Assembly: GCA_963850425.1 (NCBI GenBank)
Contig: CAWKLF010000008.1
Location: forward strand, 154,421-218,420
Origin: an uncultured Acidobacteriota bacterium
Lineage (GTDB): Bacteria; Acidobacteriota; Terriglobia; Terriglobales; Acidobacteriaceae
Reading direction: 5' to 3'
DNA: 64,000 nucleotides
Positions 18,653 to 29,145 of the stretch are shown here, one piece after another. The position numbers and the translations under genes are program-made. The notes beneath the pieces were generated by a model. It was given only the letters and a program-made list of their open reading frames with translations. It searched no databases and was not told where the DNA came from. How positions within the stretch are numbered: position 1 is the stretch's first letter; every line of letters begins with the position of its first letter.

Positions 18653-19248
18653 GCATCGCGATCGTCGACTACGGCGCAGGAAACCTGGCATCGGTCAAGA
18701 AAGCTTTTGATGCGCTGGGCGAAACCGCTCTGGTTACGAGCGATCCCACCTGTGTTTTGAAGGCCGACAGAGTCGTCGTCCCCGGCGTGGGCCACTTCGC
18801 GGCAACCACAGGGCTGAAGGATCGTGGGCTAACGGACGCCATCTCCAAAGCGATCGCGCAAGGCAAAGCAGTCCTGGGGATATGCCTTGGAATGCAATGG
18901 ATGTTCGGATCGAGTACCGAGGCCGCGGACCTCAATGGTCTCGGAATCTTCCCCGGAGCCTGTACGCGGTTCCCTGCGGAGGTGAAAGCTCCGCATGTGG
19001 GGTGGAATCAACTATTTCGCAACGGAGATTCGCGACTGCTACGCGGCATTGCAGAGGGCGCATTCGTGTATTTCACGCACTCCTATCGCGCGCCAGTGGT
19101 CGAGCAAACGGTGGCCAGTTCCGAGTACGGCGGCTGGTTTTCCGCAGCAGTCGAGCAAGCAAACATCTTCGGCGTTCAATTTCATCCGGAGAAATCCGGA
19201 CCAGCCGGCAGGCAATTGCTCCAAAATTTCTGCGAGCTGGCATGCTGA
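18649..19248 (+). CDS. hisH: Imidazole glycerol phosphate synthase, glutamine amidotransferase subunit
   Basis: Start placed at ATG 18649 ([16 protein letters not shown]), with an ATGA overlap. Has GICLGMQ (catalytic Cys) and FHPEKS. Confidence 0.9.
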   Translation: MSIAIVDYGAGNLASVKKAFDALGETALVTSDPTCVLKADRVVVPGVGHFAATTGLKDRGLTDAISKAIAQGKAVLGICLGMQWMFGSSTEAADLNGLGIFPGACTRFPAEVKAPHVGWNQLFRNGDSRLLRGIAEGAFVYFTHSYRAPVVEQTVASSEYGGWFSAAVEQANIFGVQFHPEKSGPAGRQLLQNFCELAC

Positions 19249-20006
19249 CGAAACGCATTATCGCGTGCCTCGACGTGACGGGCGGCCGCGTCGTCAAGGG
19301 AGTGCAGTTCATGAACCTGCGAGATGCGGGAGACCCGGCAGAATTGGCGGAGGCGCACAGCAAAGCTGGAGCCGACGAGATCGTACTGCTCGATATCTCT
19401 GCCACCGCTGAGCAACGCGCGACTCTGCTCGACACGGTGCGGCAAGCTGCGAGCAAGCTTTTTATTCCCTTCACGGTGGGTGGTGGCATTGGTTGTTTGG
19501 AGGATGCTTCGGCGGTGTTCGACGCCGGCGCCGACAAGGTAAGCATTAATTCTGCGGCACTGGTAGATCCCGGCCTCATCACCCGCATTGCGAATTGTTT
19601 TGGCGCACAAGCCGTGATTGTTGCGATCGATGCCAAACGTGTTGACGAGAATCGCTACGAAGCGTTTTCCAAAGGTGGCAGAATAAACACGGGACGCGAC
19701 GCGGTAGCATGGGCGAAGGAAGCCGAAGAGCGTGGAGCCGGAGAGATTCTGCTGACCTCAATGGATCGAGACGGCACCGGTGAGGGCTTCGATTGTAGAC
19801 TGACTCGCCAGGTAGCGGAGGTAGTCCGCATTCCGGTGATCGCTTCCGGCGGCGCCGGTTCTGCCGCTCACTTCATCGAAGTCTTTCAGGCCGGCCACGC
19901 GGATGCCGCCCTGGCGGCCTCGATCCTGCACTACGGCACCACCGCGATGGCGGAGCTCAAGGGTTCGTTGCTTGCCTCCGGAATACCTGTGAGGTGGCCG
20001 TGCTGA
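19242..20006 (+). CDS. hisF: Imidazole glycerol phosphate synthase, cyclase subunit
   Basis: Start placed at ATG 19242 ([21 protein letters not shown]). Has [12 protein letters not shown] and [10 protein letters not shown]. Confidence 0.9.
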   Translation: MLTKRIIACLDVTGGRVVKGVQFMNLRDAGDPAELAEAHSKAGADEIVLLDISATAEQRATLLDTVRQAASKLFIPFTVGGGIGCLEDASAVFDAGADKVSINSAALVDPGLITRIANCFGAQAVIVAIDAKRVDENRYEAFSKGGRINTGRDAVAWAKEAEERGAGEILLTSMDRDGTGEGFDCRLTRQVAEVVRIPVIASGGAGSAAHFIEVFQAGHADAALAASILHYGTTAMAELKGSLLASGIPVRWPC

Positions 20007-20689
20007 TTCCATCGATTGACCTGATGGCGGGAAAGATCGTTCAGCTCGTCCAGGGAGAAAAGAAAGCCCTGGAGTTCGATGATTTCGAGGAGTGGATCAT
20101 ACGCTTCGCCGGTTTCCCTTTAGTGCAGCTCATCGATCTGGACGCAGCGATCGGAACGGGAAGCAATCGCGCATTGCTGGGTAAATTTACAAACCGCCTT
20201 CCCTGCCAGGTCGGCGGGGGGATTCGCTCATGGGAAGACGGCGCCGAATGCTTGGCAAATGGTGCCCACCGGATCATTCTCGGGTCGGCCCTAATCAGGG
20301 ACGGCTCTATTAACATTCCAGCCGCGCGTCAGTTTGCCGAAAAGCTGGGGGCGGAGCGTCTAACATTCGCTGTCGATTCCAGGGAAGGAAAAGTCGCGAT
20401 CAAGGGCTGGCGCGAAGTGACTTCGATCGAAGCCTCGGCCATGCTGCAAGTTCTCGAGCCCTATTGCACGGCTTTCCTGTACACGCACATCGATACGGAG
20501 GGCCTTCTCAAAGGCATTCCACTCGATACGGTCAGCCGCCTGCGCAGGCTGACATCCCGAAAGCTCATTGTTGCCGGCGGCATTCGCAGCCAGGACGAAG
20601 TCAATCAACTGGACGCGCTGGGCATCGATGCGGTGGTTGGAATGGCAATCTATTCCGGGCAGATGAAGCTAGATGGGATTCCGGGCTGA
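19994..20689 (+). CDS. hisA: ProFAR isomerase (HisA family)
   Basis: GTG start. [19 protein letters not shown]-terminus and a (beta/alpha)8 HisA/HisF-like sequence. Located after hisF rather than between hisH and hisF. Confidence 0.8.
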   Translation: MAVLIPSIDLMAGKIVQLVQGEKKALEFDDFEEWIIRFAGFPLVQLIDLDAAIGTGSNRALLGKFTNRLPCQVGGGIRSWEDGAECLANGAHRIILGSALIRDGSINIPAARQFAEKLGAERLTFAVDSREGKVAIKGWREVTSIEASAMLQVLEPYCTAFLYTHIDTEGLLKGIPLDTVSRLRRLTSRKLIVAGGIRSQDEVNQLDALGIDAVVGMAIYSGQMKLDGIPG

Positions 20690-20717
20690 ACCGCAAGCAC
20701 GTGCGACGAGCGCGTTT

Positions 20718-21776
20718 TCAGTTCCGAGGCCGATAGCGGGCCATTGCCAGATCGACAATTTCACCAATCAACTGAGTATAGGAACGCCCTGAAGCTTTCG
20801 CCGCCATGGCAAATTCCTGTTTGCTCGAAAGCCAGGGATTTGGATTTGCTTCGAGAACGAAGACTTCTCCCTTCGCGGAAAGCCGCATGTCAATGCGCCC
20901 ATAATCGCGGAGTTTCACCGCGCGATGGGCCGCGAGCGCTGTTTGCGTCAAGCGTTCCACGGCTTCTTCATCCAGATCCTCGGCGATGCTCGACTTGGTC
21001 AATTTATAAGCCTCGGCGTCTTTTTCGAATTTCACATCGTAGCTGGCAATTTTTGGCGTGCCTTTGGGAAGTTTCGAAAAATCCAGCTCTACCAGCGGAA
21101 GAGCTTGCGCATATTCGTAACTGCCAAGGATGGCTGCGTAGATTTCCCGGCCTTCTATGTACTCTTCTATGATGGCCGGGGAATCAAATTCGTCTTGAAT
21201 GTACTGGACACGTTCCATTAATTCTTTCACGCTGTCGACTACCGCATTCGAATTGATTCCGATCGATCCATCCTCCGCCAGCGGCTTTACGATGAGCGGG
21301 AAGGCGATGTCGTGTGCGTGTTCGATGGTTCCGCGATAGGATGTGGCGAAGTACGGCGTACGGATTCCGTGAAATGCGAACATCTTCTTGGCAATTGCCT
21401 TGTCCTGTGCGAGAAAGCTGGCATGTGGCCCAGCGCCGGTGTAGCGCAAACCGAGCAGGTCAAGGTAAGCGGCGACGTGCATTTCCTTTGTGTCATCGCC
21501 CGCAAAAGACTCAGTGAGATTGAAAATCAGGTCGGCTTCGCACTTCGCCAATGAAGTCAGTCCTTGCGGACTGCCATCCAAAATCAGGTACGAGGGCTCG
21601 TGTCCAAGTTTCTCGAGCGCCTCAAAGATTTCTTCGCGATCTTCCTTTTCGCGCTTTTTCTTTTTGCGGGCTTTCTTCTTGCGGGTAGCCGGCTTGGGTT
21701 CGGGAGGAGGTTCAGGAATCGCGCCTTCTTCCTCCCAGATATCGTAAAGGATGGCGATCTTCATCGCGAATTCCAT
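20718..21776 (-). CDS. ATP-grasp enzyme, D-alanine--D-alanine-ligase family, with an N-terminal lysine-rich insert
   Basis: 352 aa. Ddl-like core (FPLIVKPLAEDGSIGI, EEYIEGREIY, DYGRIDMRL...VFVLEANPNP). Residues ~25-50 are PEPKPATRKKKARKKKKREKEDRE. The start could be M5 (21764). Confidence 0.7.
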   Translation of the reverse strand: MEFAMKIAILYDIWEEEGAIPEPPPEPKPATRKKKARKKKKREKEDREEIFEALEKLGHEPSYLILDGSPQGLTSLAKCEADLIFNLTESFAGDDTKEMHVAAYLDLLGLRYTGAGPHASFLAQDKAIAKKMFAFHGIRTPYFATSYRGTIEHAHDIAFPLIVKPLAEDGSIGINSNAVVDSVKELMERVQYIQDEFDSPAIIEEYIEGREIYAAILGSYEYAQALPLVELDFSKLPKGTPKIASYDVKFEKDAEAYKLTKSSIAEDLDEEAVERLTQTALAAHRAVKLRDYGRIDMRLSAKGEVFVLEANPNPWLSSKQEFAMAAKASGRSYTQLIGEIVDLAMARYRPRN

Positions 21777-21824
21777 CCCGGCTTGAGCCGTTTGCTCATC
21801 TTCATCATCATAATTCGCGCGAAG

Positions 21825-22838
21825 TCATGTCTGCACGAACTTGCCGCGAGTCATATAGTTCGTGGCCAGCGTCGTTGCATAGACAGTGATCTCAGCAAGA
21901 TGTTCCGCTTCCCGCCGCGTATCCGCGCGCAATCCCAATTCGCCGATCCGCTTCTCGATCGCTTCCACCAGCTGCTTGATCAAAGGACGTTGTACTCCCG
22001 TCCAGTACGTTACTTTGTCGACCACCGTCTTCCGGTGCTGCCGCAAAAATTCGTGCGCAGGGCGGACGGTCTTCTTCTGGCGCTTGGATACATTAAAAAT
22101 ATCTACCAAGTCGGTGTCCAGCGCCAAGTCCACAACTGGGATCGCTTCGGAAGCGGACTGACGATAGAAATCCGCAACTGTCGATTCCATTTCGTCGACT
22201 GTGATGTCGGGATATCCGCGGCGACGAACCGGATCCACATTTCCAAGTTCACGCGCAATGCGATCCATGTAGCGCAATTTCGCCATCGCTCCCCATCCCC
22301 GATAACGCTTGCGCCATCCGCTCCTCGGCGTCAACCAGACCGCGAAGGTTTCCGCGAAATCCTCATCCGGATGTTTCTGCGCATACCAGCCGGCCAAATG
22401 GCGAACGTAGTTCCGCGAGAAAGGAACAGGCCGGTAGTTATCGAGGTAGCGGCGGCGAAACGGCCCGAACAAAGTTTTCCATTCTGGATTTCGATAAAGC
22501 TTGTACGCATAATTAAATGCGTGCCCAGCTTCGTGCCGAAGGTACATCATGACTTCGCGTTGGTCCTCGAGGTCATTCATTTCTTTTTCGAGCGAAGCGA
22601 GGTCGGGATTGGCGAGATAAAACGGGATCCCGATGACCGGCTCGCCCGAGGGACAGCCCCATTCGTCGGTGAGATAGCAGGCTGGCCGGAATTTTGCGAG
22701 ACCCTTGCGTCCCAGTTCTTCGTAGAGTTGGTGTACGAAGCGCTCGATGGGCGAACCCTCCAGTTTCAAACCGAGTTCGCGGATCGGCTTGCCTAGGATC
22801 TCCTGCAAAGTCGTTTTCGGTTTTTCGGTGAGCTCCAT
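21825..22838 (-). CDS. Putative zinc metallopeptidase (HExxH)
   Basis: 337 aa. HEAGHAF motif in MMYLRHEAGHAFNYAYKL. Co-directional with, and 48 nt upstream of, the ATP-grasp gene. Confidence 0.6.
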   Translation of the reverse strand: MELTEKPKTTLQEILGKPIRELGLKLEGSPIERFVHQLYEELGRKGLAKFRPACYLTDEWGCPSGEPVIGIPFYLANPDLASLEKEMNDLEDQREVMMYLRHEAGHAFNYAYKLYRNPEWKTLFGPFRRRYLDNYRPVPFSRNYVRHLAGWYAQKHPDEDFAETFAVWLTPRSGWRKRYRGWGAMAKLRYMDRIARELGNVDPVRRRGYPDITVDEMESTVADFYRQSASEAIPVVDLALDTDLVDIFNVSKRQKKTVRPAHEFLRQHRKTVVDKVTYWTGVQRPLIKQLVEAIEKRIGELGLRADTRREAEHLAEITVYATTLATNYMTRGKFVQT

Positions 22839-23030
22839 GGTCGGGTGGCGAAGGCTTCGTTACGTTCCGGGGTAGGAAATGGCTGGCCCACCCAGGCACA
22901 ACTAGTATAGAGGCGAGCTCGCCACGTCATCGCGGCTAGCATTGAAGCCCTCGTAAGCACAGGCGAGCCATCCGGTCACCTCAATACAAGCCTAGTTATT
23001 TCAACGCGATATAAGGGTTACATCTCAGTT

Positions 23031-23876
23031 TTACTGGAATGTATTGCAGGAGTCGATGGTCCCCCCATTCATGCCGCGCTGAAACCACTCCATTCTCTGT
23101 GCAGAAGATCCATGGGTGAAGGAGTCGGGACTGACTTGACCTCTCGACATGCGCTGCAGGCGATCGTCGCCGACGGCGGAAGCCGCACCTAACGCGCTCT
23201 CAACATCGCCGCTCTCCAGAAGATTTCGTTGTTGCGTCGACTTTGCCCATACGCCGGCAAAGCAATCGGCCTGCAATTCCATTCGCACTGAGAGCGCGTT
23301 TTCTGAACCTGGATTGCGTCCCTGCAGGCTGCGGACTTTACTCTCGATGCCAAGCAAATTCTGAACGTGATGTCCTAATTCATGAGAAAGCACGTAGGCT
23401 TGCGCGAACTGGCCGGGCGCACCGAATCTGCGCTGCAGTTCGTCGTAGAACCCCAGATCGATGTATACCTTTTGATCTGAGGGACAGTAGAACGGTCCAG
23501 TGGCCGATTGGGCTGCTCCGCAGCCCGATGAAGTGACATCGCGAAAGAGCACGAGCTTCGCGTGCTGGTACTGAATTCCCTGCTGCTGCAAAATCCCAGC
23601 CCAGGTTTTCTGCGTGTCATCGAGCACAAACGAAACAAACTGGACAAGCGGCTCTTCCCGCGCATCCCGCTGCGGGTCGGACTGGCTCACCGCGGGTCCG
23701 GTCGCAACTCCCTGCCCACCAAGAAGTGAGAAGAAGTCGCGTTTGAAAACTAAGCTGAGAACCAGGAGAATCAGGAACCCGCCGATTCCAATGTGCATTC
23801 CCCCAATACCGCCGCCCCCGCCTTCGTCTCGACGATCTTCCATGTCATCGCTCTTACCACCCGGCGTCCAACGCAT
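23031..23876 (-). CDS. YpfJ-family neutral zinc metallopeptidase, membrane-anchored
   Basis: Start placed at M26 (MRWTPGGKSDDMEDRRDEGGGGG..., the typical family N-terminus). Has a TM helix, then YCPSDQKVYIDLGFYDEL and AYVLSHELGHHVQN. Confidence 0.8.
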   Translation of the reverse strand: MRWTPGGKSDDMEDRRDEGGGGGIGGMHIGIGGFLILLVLSLVFKRDFFSLLGGQGVATGPAVSQSDPQRDAREEPLVQFVSFVLDDTQKTWAGILQQQGIQYQHAKLVLFRDVTSSGCGAAQSATGPFYCPSDQKVYIDLGFYDELQRRFGAPGQFAQAYVLSHELGHHVQNLLGIESKVRSLQGRNPGSENALSVRMELQADCFAGVWAKSTQQRNLLESGDVESALGAASAVGDDRLQRMSRGQVSPDSFTHGSSAQRMEWFQRGMNGGTIDSCNTFQ

Positions 23877-24038
23877 ACCGCACCTCTCGCAGGAAAATTG
23901 ACGCAACCGATTATACGGTTCTGTGATGCAGGGATAGTGACTGTGGGACATACAGAATTGTTAATTGTCTGTGCCACTCCACGCCTTCCGGACTCCTGCG
24001 ATACACTAGAAAACTTTGACAGCTAAAGGAGGATTTCT

Positions 24039-24884
24039 ATGCCCGATGCCACTCTCAGTGGCGCAGATTTCAAGAAGCAGTTGCGCGAAGGCAAGCCCAA
24101 GATGGGTTTGTTCCTGAACGCGCACAGCCCCACCGTCGCCGAGCAGCTGGCGCACAGCGGTTACGACTGGTTGCTGGTCGATACCCAGCACGGTCCCATG
24201 GGGTATGAGAAGCTTTCCGCAATGCTCTCCGGGATTGCCAATGGCGGCGCGAAATCGATGGTGCGCGTAGGGGGCTATGACGATCGTCCCGGCATCCAGC
24301 AGGCACTGGACATGGGAGCCGATGGTGTTCTCGTCCCTTACATCAATACCGCTGAAGAAGCGCGTCAGGCGGTGAGTTGCACCAAATACCCGCGAACTGG
24401 AACACGCTCTGTCTACTTCCCGCAGCGCAGTATGAACCGCGCCGGACTCCTGGGATACGCCGGCAATTTCAATAACAACGGCATAATCGCTCTCCAGGTG
24501 GAAACCGCTTCCTGCATCGACAACATTGCCGAGATCGCAGCCGTCCCCGGCGTGGACATACTTTTTCTGGGACAGAATGATTTATGCATGTCGATGGGCT
24601 TGTATGAAAAGTATGAGTTCCCTCACATGTATACCTCGCCCGAACTGGGTGCGGCGACGCAAAAGCTAGTTGAACATGCGCGCAAAAACAACGTCATTCT
24701 GGGCCTCTTCCTCTTTGGCACCACGCGCGTTGGAGAATTTCTGGAAAAGGGCTTCACCTTCATCAGCGTTGGCAACGACCTGCACCACGTCTTGACGCAG
24801 GCCGGCGCCTACGTGAAAGACATGGAAGGCATCGCGAAAGAGAAAGGCAAAGACTGGACTCGACGTCCTACTGCCCTGTTCTAA
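24039..24884 (+). CDS. HpcH/HpaI-family aldolase
   Basis: 281 aa. GYDWLLVDTQHGP, MVRVGG, and GADGVLVPYINTAEEA are typical of the family. Confidence 0.8.
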   Translation: MPDATLSGADFKKQLREGKPKMGLFLNAHSPTVAEQLAHSGYDWLLVDTQHGPMGYEKLSAMLSGIANGGAKSMVRVGGYDDRPGIQQALDMGADGVLVPYINTAEEARQAVSCTKYPRTGTRSVYFPQRSMNRAGLLGYAGNFNNNGIIALQVETASCIDNIAEIAAVPGVDILFLGQNDLCMSMGLYEKYEFPHMYTSPELGAATQKLVEHARKNNVILGLFLFGTTRVGEFLEKGFTFISVGNDLHHVLTQAGAYVKDMEGIAKEKGKDWTRRPTALF

Positions 24885-24961
24885 CTCGGTGTTCGAGCTT
24901 GCTTGGATAGCGCTCCGGAGAACTCGGGGCGCTACTCTTGCTTTCAAACCTAACCCATACG

Positions 24962-25834
24962 TCACAACGCTCTACTCGTCAGTTCCTCCGCAAGCATCAA
25001 GACTTGTTCTGGACTTTTCCCGCTTTCTCTTAAATGACGAATGCTCAGTGAGTCATGACGCTTCGCCATTCGCTGGCCCGTTGAATCGCGGGTCAGGCTG
25101 CAGTGATAATAGGCGGGCGATCCAAGGCCCAGAGCCCGAAAAATCATAATTTGGCGAGCCGTGGACTTCAGCAGATCCGCTCCTCGCACAACTTCGGTCA
25201 TCTCCATCTGAGCATCATCGACGGCGACGGCCAGCTGGTAGGCCGGCACATCATCGCGCCGCCAAACGATAAAATCTCCATAGTCCTTCCCTGCAACAAA
25301 GGTTTGTGCGCCGAAGTGCCCATCCACAAAGGCGATCGGCTCGCCATCGGGAACGCGAAAACGCCAATTCATGCCCACCGGGGAATCGAAGGCCTTGGCG
25401 TCGATTCGCGAGCGGCACTTTCCCGGATAGATCGGCTCATCGTCGGAGTCGTTCGGCGCGGCAGCAGCCGCCGCAAGATCTTTTCGAGAACAGGTGCAGG
25501 GATAAATCCAGCCACCATCACGAAGTTTCTTCCACGCCTCGAAGTAAAAAGATCCACGCCGGCTTTGCTCATAGGGTGTATACGGCCCACCTTCCTCTGG
25601 CCCTTCTTCCCAGTCAATACCCAGCCACCGCAAGTCTTCGTACATCGCAGCCGCAAACTCGGGCCTGCAACGTTGCGGGTCGAGGTCCTCATTCCGCAAA
25701 ATTAGCGTTCCTCCATGCTGGCGAGCCCGCTCCGCAGCAATCCAGAACGTGCGGGCGTGGCCAAGATGAAGCAAGCCGGTTGGCGAGGGAGCCAGGCGTC
25801 CCCGGTATTTTGTATGGGATGAAGATGAACTCAC
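24962..25834 (-). CDS. gluQ: tRNA glutamyl-Q(34) synthetase
   Basis: 290 aa. GRLAPSPTGLLHLGHARTFW (HIGH region) and a truncated GluRS catalytic domain with no anticodon-binding domain. Confidence 0.85.
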   Translation of the reverse strand: MSSSSSHTKYRGRLAPSPTGLLHLGHARTFWIAAERARQHGGTLILRNEDLDPQRCRPEFAAAMYEDLRWLGIDWEEGPEEGGPYTPYEQSRRGSFYFEAWKKLRDGGWIYPCTCSRKDLAAAAAAPNDSDDEPIYPGKCRSRIDAKAFDSPVGMNWRFRVPDGEPIAFVDGHFGAQTFVAGKDYGDFIVWRRDDVPAYQLAVAVDDAQMEMTEVVRGADLLKSTARQIMIFRALGLGSPAYYHCSLTRDSTGQRMAKRHDSLSIRHLRESGKSPEQVLMLAEELTSRAL

Positions 25835-25843
25835 GGCGGCATT

Positions 25844-27244
25844 CTACTGGGAAGATTGCCGGATCGAGGTGCCGGCGGCCACCTCAAGAGAATCGGATTG
25901 ACCAGCTGGAAACTCACCTTCCCACACAGCAACCACAACCGTGGCCAGACAGTTCCCCAACACATTGACGGAGGTGCGAGCCATATCCATCAACTGATCG
26001 ATTCCCAGGAGTACGAAGACAGGCTCCACCGGCAACCCAAATGAGCCCACCGTCCCGAGAAGAATGACAATTGAGGCGCGGGACACACCCGCCACGCCCT
26101 TGCTGGTCAAAAGCAAGGTAAGCATGATGAGCAACTGCTGCCCCAGGCTGAGGTGAATCCCCGCGGCTTGCGCTACGAAAATTGACGCCAATGAAAGATA
26201 AAGAGTGCTGCCATCGAGATTGAAGCTGTAGCCTGCCGGCATTACAAAAGCGACTATTTCCCGCGGCACTCCGAGGCCTTCCATTGCTTCCATAGCGCGC
26301 GGCAAGGCCGCTTCCGAGTTCGCCGTTCCGAAGGCGATGGTGACTGGCTCAGCAACGGCCGCAACGAATTTTCTCAACGGAACACCCACCACGAAGGCGA
26401 TCGGAAGCAGCACTCCGAAAACGAAAATCAGCAAAGCCACATACAACGTGGCGAGCAGGCGTGCCAGATTAAATAGAATCCCCATGCCAGTACTGCTCAC
26501 GGTGTAGGCGATCGCCGCCCCGACACCAATGGGAGCAAAGTACATGACGAGGTTCGTGAACTTGAACATCGTCTCGGCCAGGCTCTCGGTGAAATTAAGC
26601 AATGGTCGACGGCGTTCTTCACGCACCTGGGCGAGCGCGATGCCGAACAATATGCTGAAGACCACGACTTGGAGAATCTGGCCTTCAGCGACAGATTTCG
26701 CCAGATTCTCGGGAAAGATGTGCAGGATCGTTTCGCTGGCCGTGAGCTTTTGCACCTGCAGGGTTTCAGCGTTGGCGGTCGTCGGCACCTTCGCCCCCAC
26801 TCCCGCCTTGCTCACATTGATGGCGGCCAGTCCAATAATCAGCGCGATGGTCGTGACGACCTCAAAGTACACGATCGCTTTCACGCCCATTCGCCCAACC
26901 TTTTTCAGATCGGAGTGTCCGGCGATGCCACTCACTAAAGTGGCAAATAACAGGGGCGCGACTATCGTCCGAATTAGGCGCAAAAAGATCAGGCCCAGAA
27001 CCCGAACATTCAGCGCAATCTGCGGGAAATCATGTCCCAGGGCCGCGCCCGCGATCATCGCGATGAAAATCCAGGTTGTCAGGGATCGCCGGTAGAGGCC
27101 GTAGGGGATAAACGCAAAAATTGCGATCCAGCGAACCAGCAATACAAGCTGTGCCGGAACAGGCGTCCCGTGATGAGCCACCACACTGAGGATCGTGCTG
27201 GCAGTTACCATGCCGGCGAGCACCATCCACCATCGCCTCATCAT
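25844..27244 (-). CDS. Dicarboxylate/amino acid:cation symporter (DAACS/GltP family)
   Basis: The ORF track gives 25844..27388. The likely start is MMRRWWMVLAG at 27244. Polytopic, with family motifs such as FGTANSEAALP and the LTSKGVAGV-type reentrant loops. Confidence 0.8.
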   Translation of the reverse strand: MMRRWWMVLAGMVTASTILSVVAHHGTPVPAQLVLLVRWIAIFAFIPYGLYRRSLTTWIFIAMIAGAALGHDFPQIALNVRVLGLIFLRLIRTIVAPLLFATLVSGIAGHSDLKKVGRMGVKAIVYFEVVTTIALIIGLAAINVSKAGVGAKVPTTANAETLQVQKLTASETILHIFPENLAKSVAEGQILQVVVFSILFGIALAQVREERRRPLLNFTESLAETMFKFTNLVMYFAPIGVGAAIAYTVSSTGMGILFNLARLLATLYVALLIFVFGVLLPIAFVVGVPLRKFVAAVAEPVTIAFGTANSEAALPRAMEAMEGLGVPREIVAFVMPAGYSFNLDGSTLYLSLASIFVAQAAGIHLSLGQQLLIMLTLLLTSKGVAGVSRASIVILLGTVGSFGLPVEPVFVLLGIDQLMDMARTSVNVLGNCLATVVVAVWEGEFPAGQSDSLEVAAGTSIRQSSQ

Positions 27245-27579
27245 CGCGCCGCACCCTTCTGATCGGGCTGGAGAGCATCCATCTCCAACGCGTGGGTTGT
27301 ACAAGCGACCGATTGTAGACAACGATCTGCAACGCTCAAACGAAATATCGTTATCTGCCGTACATTGCACCGTTTTTCGTGCAGGCAAATATTCTCCGGA
27401 CCCCGCCCTTAAAGTCCTCAGATGAGCTAGAATTCCAGCGCCACTCAGGATGGCCCTGACAAGCTACGATCTTTCCACCGCTCTGACGATCGCGGCCCGA
27501 TCCTGCCGCTCAGCATTTGTGTTTTCTCATAGGATTCCGAGGCGCCACATCGACGTCCAACACATCAAGGAGGAAAGTC

Positions 27580-29085
27580 ATGGTAACGGCCCTGCCGAAC
27601 GTCCAATTGCAGAACAAAGTTCTGGAGTTCATTTCCAAACCGCGCAAGATGTTGATCAACGGAAAGTGGGTGGAATCCGCTTCCGGAAAGACTTTCCCAA
27701 CGTACGATCCCTCGACCGGTGAAGTGCTGGCCCGCATTGCCGAAGGAGATCGAGAAGACATCGATCGCGCCGTAAAGTCCGCCCGCGCCGCGTTTGAGAC
27801 GGGCCCGTGGCCGCTCCTGACAGCGTCCGAGCGAGGGAAAATGGTCTGGAAACTCGCCGACCTGATTGAGCAGCACCTGCAGGAATTTGCTGAACTCGAG
27901 ACCCTCGACAACGGCAAACCTTTGAAGGTCGCACGCGCGGCCGATGTTCCGCTCGCAGTCGATCTATTCCGCTACATGGCCGGTTGGGCCACCAAGATTG
28001 AGGGCAACACCATCCCGATCTCGGTGCCGTACGCGCCCGGCGCAAAGTTTCTGGCGTACACGCTAAGAGAGCCGGTGGGCGTTGTGGGCCAGATCATCCC
28101 GTGGAATTTCCCTTTGCTGATGGCAGCGTGGAAGCTGGGACCCGCGCTCGCGACCGGATGTACCGTAGTCATCAAACCTGCCGAGCAGACTCCCCTCTCC
28201 TGCCTGTTGCTAGGCGAACTGGTGCAAGAAGCGGGAATTCCGGATGGCGTTGTCAACATCGTCCCGGGCTACGGCGAGACTGCCGGAGCAGCCTTGGCCG
28301 CGCATCCCGACGTTGACAAGGTCGCCTTCACGGGATCGACCGAGGTCGGCAAATTGATTTTGCAGGCTGCGGCCGGTAACCTGAAGAAAGTCTCCCTCGA
28401 GTTGGGCGGAAAATCTCCCAACGTCGTTTTTGGAGACGTCGATATCGATGCCGCCGTGGCCGGATCGTCGAGCGCGATCTTCTTCAATCACGGACAGTGC
28501 TGCTGCGCCGGATCTCGCTTGTACGTCCAGAACGACATCTTCGACAAGGTAGTCGAAGGCGTATCGGCCCGCGCCGACAAAATCCGCGTCGGTCCCGGCA
28601 TGGACTCCTCAACCGACATGGGCCCGCTGGTTTCAGAAGAGCAACTGAAACGAGTTTGCGGCTATCTCGAATCCGGCTTCTCCGAGGGCGCCAAGGCACT
28701 CACCGGCGGACAGAGGCAAGGCGACAAGGGTTACTTCGTGAAACCCACCGTTCTCGTCAACACGAACGAAAAGATGAAGGTGGTGCAGGAAGAAATCTTC
28801 GGCCCGGTCGTCACCGCCATCCCTTTCAAAGACTCGAACGAACTGGTCGCGAAGGCGAATGACAGCGCTTATGGCCTGGCAGCCGGCATCTGGACACGGG
28901 ATATCCAGAAAGCTCATCGCCTGGCCGCTCAATTGCGCGCTGGAACGGTGTGGATCAACTGCTACAACATATTCGACGCAGCGCTTCCCTTCGGCGGGTA
29001 TAAGCAATCCGGCTGGGGACGCGAGATGGGACACGATGCGCTCGAACTTTATACGGAAGTGAAGGCAGTGTGCGCAGCGCTGTAA
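27580..29085 (+). CDS. NAD-dependent aldehyde dehydrogenase
   Basis: Start placed at ATG 27580, preceded by GGAGGA. Has KVAFTGSTEVGK, LELGGKSP and FFNHGQCCCAGSR (catalytic Cys). Confidence 0.9.
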   Translation: MVTALPNVQLQNKVLEFISKPRKMLINGKWVESASGKTFPTYDPSTGEVLARIAEGDREDIDRAVKSARAAFETGPWPLLTASERGKMVWKLADLIEQHLQEFAELETLDNGKPLKVARAADVPLAVDLFRYMAGWATKIEGNTIPISVPYAPGAKFLAYTLREPVGVVGQIIPWNFPLLMAAWKLGPALATGCTVVIKPAEQTPLSCLLLGELVQEAGIPDGVVNIVPGYGETAGAALAAHPDVDKVAFTGSTEVGKLILQAAAGNLKKVSLELGGKSPNVVFGDVDIDAAVAGSSSAIFFNHGQCCCAGSRLYVQNDIFDKVVEGVSARADKIRVGPGMDSSTDMGPLVSEEQLKRVCGYLESGFSEGAKALTGGQRQGDKGYFVKPTVLVNTNEKMKVVQEEIFGPVVTAIPFKDSNELVAKANDSAYGLAAGIWTRDIQKAHRLAAQLRAGTVWINCYNIFDAALPFGGYKQSGWGREMGHDALELYTEVKAVCAAL

Positions 29086-29107
29086 AGAGTATTTCCAACA
29101 CAAATCA

Positions 29108-29130
29108 GGGGAGCTTCGGCTCCCCTTTTT
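29108..29130. terminator. Bidirectional intrinsic terminator
   Basis: GGGGAGC-ttcg-GCTCCCC followed by TTTTT, between the convergent aldehyde dehydrogenase and K+ channel genes. Confidence 0.8.
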
Positions 29131-29145
29131 ATTTCGATGAGGCAG

